64,000 bases of DNA from a candidate division FCPU426 bacterium (GTDB lineage Bacteria > Oederibacteriota > PGYV01 > Palsa-1178), in NCBI GenBank assembly GCA_963840035.1, contig CAWIXE010000002.1, positions 384,001-448,000 of the forward strand, read 5' to 3'. The notes under the pieces are model-generated. The model was given only the letters and a program-made list of their open reading frames with translations. It made no database searches and was not told where the DNA came from. The translations under genes and the position numbers were made by a program. Shown piece after piece: positions 28,656-38,459 of this stretch. The stretch's first letter is position 1. The number at the start of each line of letters is the position of its first letter.

Positions 28656-29120
28656 ATGATAGTACCGATATTTCTAATTCTGATTTCTCTCCTGTTCCTC
28701 ATCATGTGGGGATGGATAATAATGATATTCATGGACAATTTCAGGATAAAACGCAAGATAGAGGAACTCATAAACCAGCCGCTTACAGTTGAGCAGAAGG
28801 AAGAACTCGACAACCTTCAGCTGGACCTTGATACAAACGCGTACAGGGCTAGGAACTCAAAGAGGGTGGTACTGTTTTTTGGATTCCTTTACGTGGTATG
28901 CGCCGTGGGGCTTATCTGGCTGAACAGCAAATATAATTTCTTTACATATGACGGGCTGCTTTCAAACCTTAAATTGACCATGCTTATTACGGTTCTTTTC
29001 TTTACGCCCGGTTATATCGGGCTGGAAGTTATCAGCAATACCGAGGGCGCATCAGGGGACATTTCCGCAAGGCTGAAATTCAGCGAAGAGTTAAAACCTG
29101 GAGAAGAAGTTGAAGTTTAG
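28656..29120 (+). CDS. Hypothetical membrane protein (3 TM)
   Basis: RBS GGAGG, hydrophobic segments, operon context. Confidence 0.65.
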   Translation: MIVPIFLILISLLFLIMWGWIIMIFMDNFRIKRKIEELINQPLTVEQKEELDNLQLDLDTNAYRARNSKRVVLFFGFLYVVCAVGLIWLNSKYNFFTYDGLLSNLKLTMLITVLFFTPGYIGLEVISNTEGASGDISARLKFSEELKPGEEVEV

Positions 29121-29478
29121 GCATTTTCTTCCGGTATTTATAATAATTACGTTCTTTTTATCAGGCTGCGCCGGCGTTCAGCTGGCAAAAAATATATTTG
29201 AATTCAGCGTTGACCCTGATAAAGGCTTAAAGGCGGGCACCATAGTAACGGTAACTGTCAAGGCGGCTGAAGACACATCGCGGGTAAATGTTTTTATCGA
29301 CATGTTTCCTGATTACAAAATGGCGCTAAAATATGACGCATCGGCAAAGACATGGAAACGCAGGGAAATGATACCAATGATGCCGGCCATACCGGCGGGC
29401 CAGTATACGGCAAAAGTGGAAGTAATAACCAAGTCAGGAGAAAAATCGTACGCTGAAAAAGTTATCGCCACATATTAA
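29110..29478 (+). CDS. Hypothetical lipoprotein (Ig-like)
   Basis: Lipobox FLSGC; beta-rich body. Confidence 0.6.
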   Translation: MKFRHFLPVFIIITFFLSGCAGVQLAKNIFEFSVDPDKGLKAGTIVTVTVKAAEDTSRVNVFIDMFPDYKMALKYDASAKTWKRREMIPMMPAIPAGQYTAKVEVITKSGEKSYAEKVIATY

Positions 29479-29511
29479 AAACGCCTCACAATGATTCCGG
29501 GAGAAAACCTA

Positions 29512-30342
29512 ATGGATAAAATAAAAAAAAGCAAAAAGGCATCAAAAAAAGCGGTTATAGAAACGTTAGACCAGGCTCCGCAGCCGAAGGTAATTGCGGC
29601 GGAAAAAAAACCCGGATTTAACACATGGCATTTTGTCGTCGTTTTACTTGCCGCGGTGCTGCTCTTTGGCGGTTACCAGGCGGTAGATTATTTCACGGGC
29701 TGGGGTAATTACGGAAAAGTCATCAAAAGGATACTTGATTCTGCGGAAAAAAACGCCATATATAAGAAATATGACAGCTCCATAGATAAATACAGGTACG
29801 TCATCAAAAAGTGGGGAGGGGACGCGAAATACGCGGAGGAAATAAAGCAGGCAAGGCTGAACCTCGCCAAGTCGCTTAAAGATTCGGAAAACTACCTTGA
29901 TGCCATAGAAATGTACAAACAGCTCTCTTCTGAATATAAGGAAACCAATAAGGATATGTACGCGTGGCTGCTGCTGGAGCTTGCGGATTCATACAGCCTG
30001 ATCCTTAATTCCGACCAGGCCATAAAGACGTACTCTTCAATAGTGGATGAATTTGCAGGCACAGACTGGTCAGCAGAGGCGCTTTTCGGCATGGCTGAAT
30101 CATACAAATCAAAAAAAGACTTTAAAAACGCCATTAAGTACTATGATATCATTGTCGCAAAATACCAAAAAGGGTTCTTAAGCGCTGAAGCCCTGACAAA
30201 TAAGGCTAAAATACTCGAGGAACTCGGAAAGATAAAGGACGCGGTTAAGCTCTACGACAGGGTGGTGTCTGATTTTCCGGATATCGTCACGGAATACGCG
30301 AGGGTCAGGCTCAACCTGCTTTCCGGAAAAACGGTTAAATGA
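29512..30342 (+). CDS. Membrane-anchored tetratricopeptide repeat protein
   Basis: One TM, then repeated 'AEALF..A...AIKYY..IV..Y' TPR motifs. Confidence 0.8.
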   Translation: MDKIKKSKKASKKAVIETLDQAPQPKVIAAEKKPGFNTWHFVVVLLAAVLLFGGYQAVDYFTGWGNYGKVIKRILDSAEKNAIYKKYDSSIDKYRYVIKKWGGDAKYAEEIKQARLNLAKSLKDSENYLDAIEMYKQLSSEYKETNKDMYAWLLLELADSYSLILNSDQAIKTYSSIVDEFAGTDWSAEALFGMAESYKSKKDFKNAIKYYDIIVAKYQKGFLSAEALTNKAKILEELGKIKDAVKLYDRVVSDFPDIVTEYARVRLNLLSGKTVK

Positions 30343-31322
30343 AAGAATTTGATTTTATAAACCGCATAAAAACCTCTGTTAAGTTAAAAAAATCAGGCGC
30401 AATCAGGTCCATAGGCGATGACTGCGCCATTCTTCCTTACACATCAACCCACGACCTTCTGGCCACGACGGATTCGCTTTACGAAGGGGTCCACTTTTCA
30501 AAAAAATACTTTACCCCATGGGAAATCGGAGCAAGGGCTATGGCTGTCAATATTTCCGACATTTGCGCCATGGGAGGCAGGCCGCTTTATGCCCTGGTTA
30601 ATATCGGGTGTCCGGCTGCTGTAAAGCAGGGCTATATGGAAAAAATTTATAATGGAATTTCTGACTACGCGCGTAATTACGGGGCGGAAATAATAGGCGG
30701 GGATACCATAACTTCCTCAAAAATATTTATTTCTGTCACCCTCCTTGGTGAAGTGGAAGCGGGCAGGGCAATGAGGAGGGATAAGGCAAAGCCCGGAGAT
30801 GTGATTTTCACTACGGGTTTTCTCGGGGATTCATACGCGGGTTTGAAAGTCCTGTCGCGGAAACACCCTGGTAAACTAAAGGACCATGAATACCTGCCGG
30901 TGAAAAGGCATAAACTTCCGGTCCCGTGCTACTTGGAGGGACGGCAGCTTTTATTGAGCGGCTGCGTAGGGGCCTGTATGGATATTTCAGACGGTATAAT
31001 GAATGATATTACAAGGATATGCGAAGAATCGGCTGTGGGGGCGGTCATTAACGCCGATATGCTGCCGGTTTCATATTCGTGTTCGAAGGTAGCCGGGTCT
31101 TTCGGGGAAGATCCGGCGGATTACGCGCTATACGGCGGTGAGGATTTTGAGCTGCTTTTTACGGTGAGGCGCAATAAAATGGAAAAATTCATGAAATATG
31201 TTTCAGGCAACAGCATTAACGTTTTTGAAGCCGGGGTAATAACCGGCCCCGGCAGTGTTTTTGTTTTGAAAAACGGGAAAAAATACAAGGAAAATTATAA
31301 AAAAGCATGGAAGCATTTCTAA
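30339..31322 (+). CDS. thiL: Thiamine-monophosphate kinase
   Basis: MKEFDFI, IGDDCAI, EGVHF, NISDICAMGG, GGDT, DISDG, GGEDFELLFT. Confidence 0.95.
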   Translation: MKEFDFINRIKTSVKLKKSGAIRSIGDDCAILPYTSTHDLLATTDSLYEGVHFSKKYFTPWEIGARAMAVNISDICAMGGRPLYALVNIGCPAAVKQGYMEKIYNGISDYARNYGAEIIGGDTITSSKIFISVTLLGEVEAGRAMRRDKAKPGDVIFTTGFLGDSYAGLKVLSRKHPGKLKDHEYLPVKRHKLPVPCYLEGRQLLLSGCVGACMDISDGIMNDITRICEESAVGAVINADMLPVSYSCSKVAGSFGEDPADYALYGGEDFELLFTVRRNKMEKFMKYVSGNSINVFEAGVITGPGSVFVLKNGKKYKENYKKAWKHF

Positions 31323-31768
31323 AAAAGCATTTTAATAAAAAGGCCGTATTTACGACAACCAGCGAGGCTGAGACTATTAATGCAGCAGAATTATTCGCGG
31401 AGATGATACTTCCGGGGGATGCCGTGGCATTAACCGGAAACCTGGGCGCGGGAAAGACCCACTTCGTAAAAGGCATCGCGGTTTACCTCGGCATGAAGAA
31501 AAAGTCGGTCGTAAGCCCGACATTTAACCTTTTAAGGCATTATAAGGCAAAGAAGATGACGGTTTATCATTTTGATTTTTATAGGCTCGATAATTTTGAC
31601 GCGCTTGACAGGATAGGATACAGGGAGTACATTACAGACAGCGGCGCGATAGTGGTGGCCGAATGGCCTGAAAAAGTCAGGGATACATGGAAAGATTTCA
31701 ACTGGTTTGTAAAGATTGCCCACATGGGGGCTGATAAAAGAAAGATAACGGTTTATAAGAAGAGATAG
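31307..31768 (+). CDS. tsaE: t6A biosynthesis ATPase TsaE
   Basis: GNLGAGKT, SPTF, HFDFYRL, EWP. Confidence 0.95.
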   Translation: MEAFLKKHFNKKAVFTTTSEAETINAAELFAEMILPGDAVALTGNLGAGKTHFVKGIAVYLGMKKKSVVSPTFNLLRHYKAKKMTVYHFDFYRLDNFDALDRIGYREYITDSGAIVVAEWPEKVRDTWKDFNWFVKIAHMGADKRKITVYKKR

Positions 31769-31857
31769 TTTGTGGTTTACAGTTTAAAGTTTATAGTTTA
31801 AGATTTATAGTTTCAAACCGTAAACTCTAAACCCTAAACTGTAAACTGTAAACTGTT
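31766..31857. repeat. 7-bp-period inverted-arm hairpin (AGTTTAY)n...(RTAAACT)n
   Basis: agtttgtggtttacagtttaaagtttatagtttaagatttatagttt-c-aaaccgtaaactctaaaccctaaactgtaaactgtaaact. Confidence 0.9.
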
Positions 31858-31879
31858 TTCAAACGTCCAAAGGAGCAGG

Positions 31880-32572
31880 ATGAAGATACTGTGCATAGAT
31901 ACCAGCAGCAAAGAGATTGCCATTGGCTTATTTGACGGCGGAAGGACGCTGTCTGAATCATATATTAACGCGGACAGGAATTATAACGCGGTTATTATGG
32001 AGATTATTTCAAAAGAGCTTAAGAAAAACGGGTTAAAACCCGCTGATTTGGATATTTTTGCGTCTACGCTCGGGCCGGGTTCTTTTACGGGAATTAGGGT
32101 GGGCATGGCTGTTATGAAAGGTTTTGCCCAGGCATTAAGAAAAAACTTCACCGGAGTTACTGTACTTGAGATACTTGCGGCTCCGTTTACCGGGCCGGTA
32201 TGGCCGGTATTGGATGCGGGCAGGGGCGAAGTATATACGGCGTGTTTCGGCGGTAAAGCCGGTAAGAAAAAAGCAGGGCCCGTATTTATGCTGCTGACAA
32301 AAGAGGCATTCATAAAAAAAGCCGGGAAAAGCCCGCAGGTCACCGGATTAAAGCGGGAAGGCGCCTGCGCGGAACTTTTAATGATGAACCCGGGCATTAA
32401 GTATACGCAGCAGGAACACGTAAGTATGAAGGTGTTCGCGGAGCTGATTTCAAGGCAGAAGAATCCGCAAAAACGGGGGCTATACGATACAGCCCCGGTT
32501 TATATCAGGCCGTCAGAAGCTGAAGCGTCATTAAAAAGAAGGAATAAAGAATCCCGAAAAGGGAAAAAATAA
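31880..32572 (+). CDS. tsaB: t6A biosynthesis protein TsaB
   Basis: ILCIDTS, GPGSFTGIRVG, LDAGRGEVY, PVYIRPSEAE. Confidence 0.93.
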   Translation: MKILCIDTSSKEIAIGLFDGGRTLSESYINADRNYNAVIMEIISKELKKNGLKPADLDIFASTLGPGSFTGIRVGMAVMKGFAQALRKNFTGVTVLEILAAPFTGPVWPVLDAGRGEVYTACFGGKAGKKKAGPVFMLLTKEAFIKKAGKSPQVTGLKREGACAELLMMNPGIKYTQQEHVSMKVFAELISRQKNPQKRGLYDTAPVYIRPSEAEASLKRRNKESRKGKK

Positions 32573-32585
32573 CACGGAGGAAATC

Positions 32586-33290
32586 ATGAAAAAATTTATG
32601 TTAACTGCGGCGGCGTGCCTATTTATGTTTGGAGCGGCATATGGAGCGCCGGCAGAGGATGACGAAACGCCAAGGGTATTTAACGTAAAAGCGGATGCGG
32701 CAGCGGTAACGGGTTCTGCAAGCGGCGCGGATACCGCCTCCGAAGCGCCCGCAAAGAAGGAAAAAATAATCCAGGCAGGGGCCCTTGAAAAAATAGAGGG
32801 AGACAGATACATTTTAAGAAAAATACAGACAAGGCTGGACTTTTATGTCACGGATGCCACTAAATTCTTCACTAAATCCGACGGTTCCATAAATGACCTT
32901 AATGACAGGTGCTATGTTGACTTAAGGGGGCCGAGGAATAAAAAAGCCATTCTGGCGAATACGATTTACATTTACCCGGATAAAAAGACTTATGATGATA
33001 TGGTTGATAAAGAGACATCAGCGGCGGCCGCATCAGGTAAAAAGACCTTTTCAGCGCCCCTTACAGGCGTAGTAAAACAAAAAGAGCCGCTCATCATAGT
33101 TACTGATGACAGGACTGAATACCTCGTATGCCCGGATGAAGATACCGTGTGGCAGAATAACAAGCCGGCGGATAAAAGTGAGATGATAGCCGGCGACAGG
33201 ATAAAGACATATTTTGACAAAAGGCTTTCGGTTCGGTATAAAAGCGAGGCTGTAAAAGTTGTAATAGATAAGTCAAAACAAGGTCTTTAG
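32586..33290 (+). CDS. Hypothetical exported protein with two OB-fold-like repeats
   Basis: Signal peptide, RBS GGAGG. Confidence 0.6.
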   Translation: MKKFMLTAAACLFMFGAAYGAPAEDDETPRVFNVKADAAAVTGSASGADTASEAPAKKEKIIQAGALEKIEGDRYILRKIQTRLDFYVTDATKFFTKSDGSINDLNDRCYVDLRGPRNKKAILANTIYIYPDKKTYDDMVDKETSAAAASGKKTFSAPLTGVVKQKEPLIIVTDDRTEYLVCPDEDTVWQNNKPADKSEMIAGDRIKTYFDKRLSVRYKSEAVKVVIDKSKQGL

Positions 33291-33603
33291 GCCGGATTTT
33301 CAATTTTCTATTTTAAATTTTCAATTAACAGGCTGGAAACGTCCGGTTTGCGAACAAACACTTTATAGAAAATACTATATTTATATGGCTAAAATCGTAT
33401 TACTAAAAGATGTATCCCTTTGTAAAACAAAAATAGCCATCCAGTGGTACAATTTCAATTTAAAGACTATTATGCCGCATTGTGAAACCAAAAGAATAAA
33501 CCCCATAAAATCCTATTGAAAAATATAATCTTACATTTATAATGATTAAGTTATAAATTAGGGACAACTAACATATATTTTGTTTCGTTCTTAAAGGAGC
33601 ATT

Positions 33604-34287
33604 ATGGAGGAATTTGATTATATACGAAAGAATATTGATGAAATACGCGGGAATATTTCAAAGTTGAAAAGTAATGCGGTAATACTCGGAGTATCAAAAA
33701 CTTTTAACGCAAAACTGATAGACGCGGCAGCAAGATGCGGAATAAATGAATTTGGCGAAAGCAAACTGCAGGAATCCATGTTAAAGATTCCTGAAGTTTC
33801 AGAAAACAGGGAAAATATAAAATGGCATTTTATAGGTCATTTACAGAGTAATAAAGCCGCAGGTGTGGTAAAACTATTCAATTGTGTGCAGTCAGTTGAC
33901 AGTATGAAACTGGCGGAAAAAATATCTTCCGCGGCAATTGCAGCAGGACAGTCAGTTGATTTACTGCTGGAACTGAAAGTATCGGGAGAAGAGTCGAAGT
34001 ACGGGCTTAATCCGGAAGAAATTGCTGAAATTGCAGGGCGGGTTGAAACCTTACCGGGGATAAAACTGAAGGGAATTATGACAATGGCGCCGTATTCGGA
34101 TAACGCGCAAGACGCGAGGCCGTATTTCAGGAAGGCGCGCGCTGTTTTTGAAGCGCTGAGGAGCTCACGCAAGGGATTTGACATACTTTCAATGGGAATG
34201 AGCGGGGATTATATTACCGCGCTGGAAGAGGGAAGCACCATGGTGAGGATCGGGACGGGGTTGTTCGGGAAGCGGAATTATAAATAA
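33604..34287 (+). CDS. yggS: PLP homeostasis protein YggS
   Basis: GVSKT, WHFIGHLQSNK, GIMTMAP, LSMGMSGDY, GSTMVRIGT. Confidence 0.95.
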   Translation: MEEFDYIRKNIDEIRGNISKLKSNAVILGVSKTFNAKLIDAAARCGINEFGESKLQESMLKIPEVSENRENIKWHFIGHLQSNKAAGVVKLFNCVQSVDSMKLAEKISSAAIAAGQSVDLLLELKVSGEESKYGLNPEEIAEIAGRVETLPGIKLKGIMTMAPYSDNAQDARPYFRKARAVFEALRSSRKGFDILSMGMSGDYITALEEGSTMVRIGTGLFGKRNYK

Positions 34288-34334
34288 TAAAATTACCAAT
34301 TACCAATGACGAATTACTAATAAATTACAACTGC

Positions 34335-35159
34335 ATGGAGGATTTAGTGGACAGGAAAAATATAGGGTTTATCGGAGCGGGAAACATGGCCCAGGCTATC
34401 ATAAAAGGGCTGGTTAATTCGCCTTTAAAAAAGAAGCTGTCCGTAAGCGCGTATGATGTAAATTCAAAGCTTCTTGGCGCGGTATGCTCAAAATTAAAGA
34501 TTAAGAAGGCATCATCAAATATTGAAATGGCAAAAAAAAGCGGCATCCTTTTTCTGGCGGTAAAACCGCAGGCTGTGGCCGAGGTGCTTGGCACGCTCAA
34601 AGGCGTTGTAACAAAAAACCACCTGATAATAAGCATCGCGGCGGGAATATCAATATCAAAAATACAGCTGCTTCTTGGAGTCAAATGCCCGGTTGTCAGG
34701 GTCATGCCAAATACCCCGGCGCTTGTAGGCGAGGGAGCGGCAGGTTATTCATTTAGTTACGGGGTATCCGTAAAAGATAAAAAAATATCCGGAGAAATTC
34801 TGTCATCCTTTTGCAAGGTTATGGTGGGCCTCCCTGAAGAAGATATAAATATTGTCACGGCCATAAGCGGCAGCGGGCCGGCATATGTGTTTTATTTTGC
34901 GGAAGCCATGCTGAAAGCGGCGGCTGAGCTGGGTTTTGACGCCGTTAAAGCAAAGGAACTCATAATACAGACATTTATAGGATCGGCAAAACTTATGAAG
35001 GACAGTAAGGATACCCCGGAATTGCTCCGTCAGAAAGTTACTTCAAAGGGCGGTACCACGGAAAAAGCCATAAGCATAATGGATGCCGCGGGCGTCCTTG
35101 AGTCCATACGTATCGCCGTAAAATCGGCAAAAGCAAAGGCGGATGAACTTGGAAAATAA
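34335..35159 (+). CDS. proC: Pyrroline-5-carboxylate reductase
   Basis: GFIGAGNMA, LAVKPQ, RVMPNTP, SGSGPAY, VTSKGGTT. Confidence 0.96.
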   Translation: MEDLVDRKNIGFIGAGNMAQAIIKGLVNSPLKKKLSVSAYDVNSKLLGAVCSKLKIKKASSNIEMAKKSGILFLAVKPQAVAEVLGTLKGVVTKNHLIISIAAGISISKIQLLLGVKCPVVRVMPNTPALVGEGAAGYSFSYGVSVKDKKISGEILSSFCKVMVGLPEEDINIVTAISGSGPAYVFYFAEAMLKAAAELGFDAVKAKELIIQTFIGSAKLMKDSKDTPELLRQKVTSKGGTTEKAISIMDAAGVLESIRIAVKSAKAKADELGK

Positions 35160-35445
35160 TTCATTGAGGACCCTGTTAATCGACATAGTCCAGGGCGTTG
35201 CCACGCTCTATATGATGCTTGTCATGATCAGGGTTTTGATGACTTGGTTAAGGCAGGACGTACTCGCGCAGTATCATAAGTTTTTTGCTTTTGTTGCGTC
35301 CCTGACAGACCCGTTTCTGAACTTTATTCGCAGGATCTTTCCATTTGCCATCGGCAGGGTGGATTTTTCGCCCGTACTGGCGTTAATTATTGTGGAACTT
35401 GTAAAGTACGGTATCATACGGCTTTTTATACTGCTCATAAAATGA
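35143..35445 (+). CDS. yggT: YggT family membrane protein
   Basis: LTDPFLNFIRR, VDFSPVLA. Confidence 0.88.
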   Translation: MNLENNSLRTLLIDIVQGVATLYMMLVMIRVLMTWLRQDVLAQYHKFFAFVASLTDPFLNFIRRIFPFAIGRVDFSPVLALIIVELVKYGIIRLFILLIK

Positions 35446-35726
35446 TAGCGCTTAAACGGGCTGATGGCGGCATTTTAATGCCGGTTAAAGTCATTCCGGG
35501 CGCGTCAAAAAATGAAATATGCGGCGAGATAAACGGCAGCTTAAAGGTCAAGATTACCGCCGCCCCGGAAAAAGGAAAGGCGAACGCAGAGCTGGAGGAT
35601 TTTTTGGCAGGCGTATTAGGGGTCAAGCGCGCCGCAGTTGAAGTGGTAAAAGGCGGAAAAGCACGGCTGAAAAGCGTATTTATAAGGAACATTTCAATGG
35701 AAGACGCGCTAAAAATATTAAAGTGA
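35442..35726 (+). CDS. DUF167 (YggU) family protein
   Basis: VKVIPGASK, TAAPEKGKANAEL. Confidence 0.88.
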   Translation: MIALKRADGGILMPVKVIPGASKNEICGEINGSLKVKITAAPEKGKANAELEDFLAGVLGVKRAAVEVVKGGKARLKSVFIRNISMEDALKILK

Positions 35727-35734
35727 GGTGTGTC

Positions 35735-36598
35735 ATGGCGAAACAAAAAGCAAAGAAATCAAAAGACTCAAAGGCCGGGCTTAAGGCAATGATAGCGGCG
35801 TCAGCGGCGAAAATCAGAAAAGAGGTCCCGAAATTCAAACCTGAGATAGGAATAATACTTGGGACCGGGCTTGGAGCGCTCGCAAAAGAGATAAAAACAT
35901 TTAAGTCAATACCTTATGAAAAGATACCTCATTTCCCGGTTTCCACTGTGGAAACACATCACGGAATGCTCGTGTGCGGAGAGCTTGAAGGACGCCAGGT
36001 TGTGGCCATGCAGGGAAGGTTTCACAGGTACGAAGGCTACTCATACCAGGAAATAACTTTCCCGGTAAGGGTTATGAAAGAGCTGGGGGTAAAAACACTC
36101 CTTATTTCAAACGCGGCAGGCGGGTTAAACCTTAAATTCATGGCGCCAAGTCTTGTGATAATTGAAGACCATATAAGCCTTTTAATGGACGGAAATCCGC
36201 TGATAGGGCCCAATGACAATGACCTCGGGCCGCGCTGGCCTGATATGCTCGAGACGTACTCAAAAGACCTGATAAAATTAACCCAGCAGGCCGCGGCAGA
36301 CCTCGGCATAAGGGTTGAAAAAGGCGTTTATGTGGCTGTCACAGGGCCGAACTTTGAGACCAGGGCGGAATACAGGATGCTAAATAAAATGGCGGATGTA
36401 GTCGGAATGTCGACTGTGCCCGAGGTGATAGTGGCCGTGCACTCGGGGATGAAGGTCATGGGCATTTCAGTTGTGACAGATATGTGCGACCCGGATAACC
36501 TCGAGCCGACGGACATAAAGAAGATCATAAATAACGCGGCAGTAACAGAACCTAAACTTACAAAGTTAATGAAGGAAGTTGTAAAGAGGATTAAGTAA
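35735..36598 (+). CDS. Purine nucleoside phosphorylase (trimeric PNP/MTAP family)
   Basis: IILGTGLG, QGRFHRYEG, SNAAGG, GPNFET, VGMSTVPE. Confidence 0.92.
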   Translation: MAKQKAKKSKDSKAGLKAMIAASAAKIRKEVPKFKPEIGIILGTGLGALAKEIKTFKSIPYEKIPHFPVSTVETHHGMLVCGELEGRQVVAMQGRFHRYEGYSYQEITFPVRVMKELGVKTLLISNAAGGLNLKFMAPSLVIIEDHISLLMDGNPLIGPNDNDLGPRWPDMLETYSKDLIKLTQQAAADLGIRVEKGVYVAVTGPNFETRAEYRMLNKMADVVGMSTVPEVIVAVHSGMKVMGISVVTDMCDPDNLEPTDIKKIINNAAVTEPKLTKLMKEVVKRIK

Positions 36599-36681
36599 TG
36601 GTGGCATGTGGTAAGTGGCAGGTGATATGTGAAGTGCGGAAACGAAATTCACGTACCACTTAACACGAATCACTTACCACT
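36599..36681. repeat. 7-bp-period inverted-arm hairpin (GTGGTAA)n...(TTACCAC)n
   Basis: gtggcatgtggtaagtggcaggtgatatgtg ... cacgtaccacttaacacgaatcacttaccac. Confidence 0.85.
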
Positions 36682-36700
36682 TATTTTAAGGAGGTCTTAA

Positions 36701-37765
36701 ATGAAAGAATTTTCGCCTATAGAATGGAAAAATTATCACCTGCATGTGCTTGACCAGACGCTGCTTCCTTTTCAAAAAAAGGAGATCATCTGCAGGACTT
36801 ATAAGGATGTGGCCACGTGTATAAAGGACATGAACCTGCGCGGCGCGCCTTTAATAGGGATAGCGGCGGCCTTTGCGCTTGCCATGGTGGTTAAAAGCGC
36901 CGGAAGCGCCGGTTATGACAAATTATCAAAGGAACTATATAAAGCCGGGGAAGAGCTTATAAAGACCAGGCCTACGGCAGTTAACCTGAAGTGGGCCGTC
37001 GACAGGATGCTTAAGCTCATGGAAACAAACAGGGAACGCAGGGTTGAAAGCTTAAAGGACCTTTTAATAGCCGAAGCCGTTAAAATATACAAGGAAGACC
37101 TTGAAAACAATAAACTCATAGGCAAATACGGTTCCGAGCTGATCAGGGAAAAAGATACTGTGCTTACCCACTGCAACGCGGGGGCGCTGGCTACCGCCGG
37201 TTACGGCACCGCGCTCGGCGTAATCCGCGCCGCGCACGCGAAAAAGAAAAAGATAACGGTATTTGTGGATGAAACAAGGCCTTACCTTCAGGGCGCCAGG
37301 CTTACTGCCTTTGAAATGGCGGAGGAAAAAATACCGCATTTTCTCATCACCGATAACATGGCCGGGTATTTCATGTCAAAAGGAAAGATAAACGTGGTCG
37401 TGGTCGGGGCGGACAGGATTACCGCGAACGGCGATGTGGCAAATAAGATAGGCACGTATTCGCTCGCGGTTTTGGCGTACGCCAATAAGATACCGTTTTA
37501 CGTAGCCGCGCCTTCGTCAACCATAGATTTCAGCCTGAAAACAGGTGAACAAATCCCCATAGAAATGAGAAGCGAGGATGAGGTAAAGAAAATATTCGGA
37601 AAAGACATTACCTGCAAGAAGACAAGGGCGCTCCACCCGGCTTTTGATGTTACGCCTTCAAAATATATAAGCGCGATTATCACTGAAAAAGGCGTGATCA
37701 GGGCGCCATATGACGTAAACCTTGAAAAAGTAATACTAAACAAAGAGGTTATAGCGAGCATATGA
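36701..37765 (+). CDS. mtnA: S-methyl-5-thioribose-1-phosphate isomerase
   Basis: LDQTLLP, RGAPLIG, RPTAVNL, THCNAGALATAGYGTALG, ETRPYLQGARLT, ANKIGTY. Confidence 0.95.
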   Translation: MKEFSPIEWKNYHLHVLDQTLLPFQKKEIICRTYKDVATCIKDMNLRGAPLIGIAAAFALAMVVKSAGSAGYDKLSKELYKAGEELIKTRPTAVNLKWAVDRMLKLMETNRERRVESLKDLLIAEAVKIYKEDLENNKLIGKYGSELIREKDTVLTHCNAGALATAGYGTALGVIRAAHAKKKKITVFVDETRPYLQGARLTAFEMAEEKIPHFLITDNMAGYFMSKGKINVVVVGADRITANGDVANKIGTYSLAVLAYANKIPFYVAAPSSTIDFSLKTGEQIPIEMRSEDEVKKIFGKDITCKKTRALHPAFDVTPSKYISAIITEKGVIRAPYDVNLEKVILNKEVIASI

Positions 37766-38184
37766 GCGACGGATGGCTCGACGACCGGTACTGCTTTGCC
37801 TGCGGTGAAAAGAACCCCATAGGAATGCACCTTCATTTTACCCTTACAGAAGGCGGAATTGAGGCGAAATACGCCTTTCCAAAGGAAATGCAGGGATATA
37901 AAGACACCGTCCATGGAGGAATGATATCTTTACTTTTGGATGAAGTTATGGTAAATTTACCGTGGCTTAAAAACAAACTTCCCGTGGTAAGCGCGGATAT
38001 CAGGGTAAAGCTGAAAAAGCCGCTTAGAATCGGGGAGAAAGTAACGACAAAAGCCTGGATAGACAGGCAGAAGAAAAAGTTATACTGGATAAAGAGCGTG
38101 CTAACGCGTGATTCGGACGGCGTGGTAATGGCGGAAGCCGAAGCCACATGCGTGCAGGTGGACGCGAGCCAATTAAATCAGTAA
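37762..38184 (+). CDS. PaaI-family (hotdog) thioesterase
   Basis: CFACGEKNPIG, HGGMISLLLDE. Confidence 0.88.
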   Translation: MSDGWLDDRYCFACGEKNPIGMHLHFTLTEGGIEAKYAFPKEMQGYKDTVHGGMISLLLDEVMVNLPWLKNKLPVVSADIRVKLKKPLRIGEKVTTKAWIDRQKKKLYWIKSVLTRDSDGVVMAEAEATCVQVDASQLNQ

Positions 38185-38280
38185 TTGCTGATAGTTGATT
38201 GTAGATTGCGGATTGATGCTTTTTAATCCGCAATCTACAATTTACAATCAAAAATAACAAATAAACAAACGGAGGTTTTC

Positions 38281-38370
38281 ATGGGAAGCGGAAAGAAAAG
38301 GCATGCATGGAAGATCAAGACACACAAAAGAAAAAAACACCGTAGAAAAACCAGATTTACAAACAAATAA
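38281..38370 (+). CDS. 29-aa basic AURKAIP1/COX24-domain (bS22/mS38-like) small protein, absent from the ORF track
   Basis: MGSGKKRHAWKIKTHKRKKHRRKTRFTNK*, RBS GGAGG at 38271. Confidence 0.75.
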   Translation: MGSGKKRHAWKIKTHKRKKHRRKTRFTNK

Positions 38371-38459
38371 TTGACAATTGATAATTGCCAGCGGGCTATT
38401 CCCTTAAGTTAAACCGGGGCGGCCGGTTGTCGATGGAAAATTGTGTGGCGGAGGATATC

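Noticed and set aside
33291..33603. ncRNA or riboswitch in the AT-rich gap before yggS
   Set aside because: Only a single heptamer arm and a possible promoter (TTGAAA-N16-TATAAT) are visible; no conserved RNA motif was recognised.
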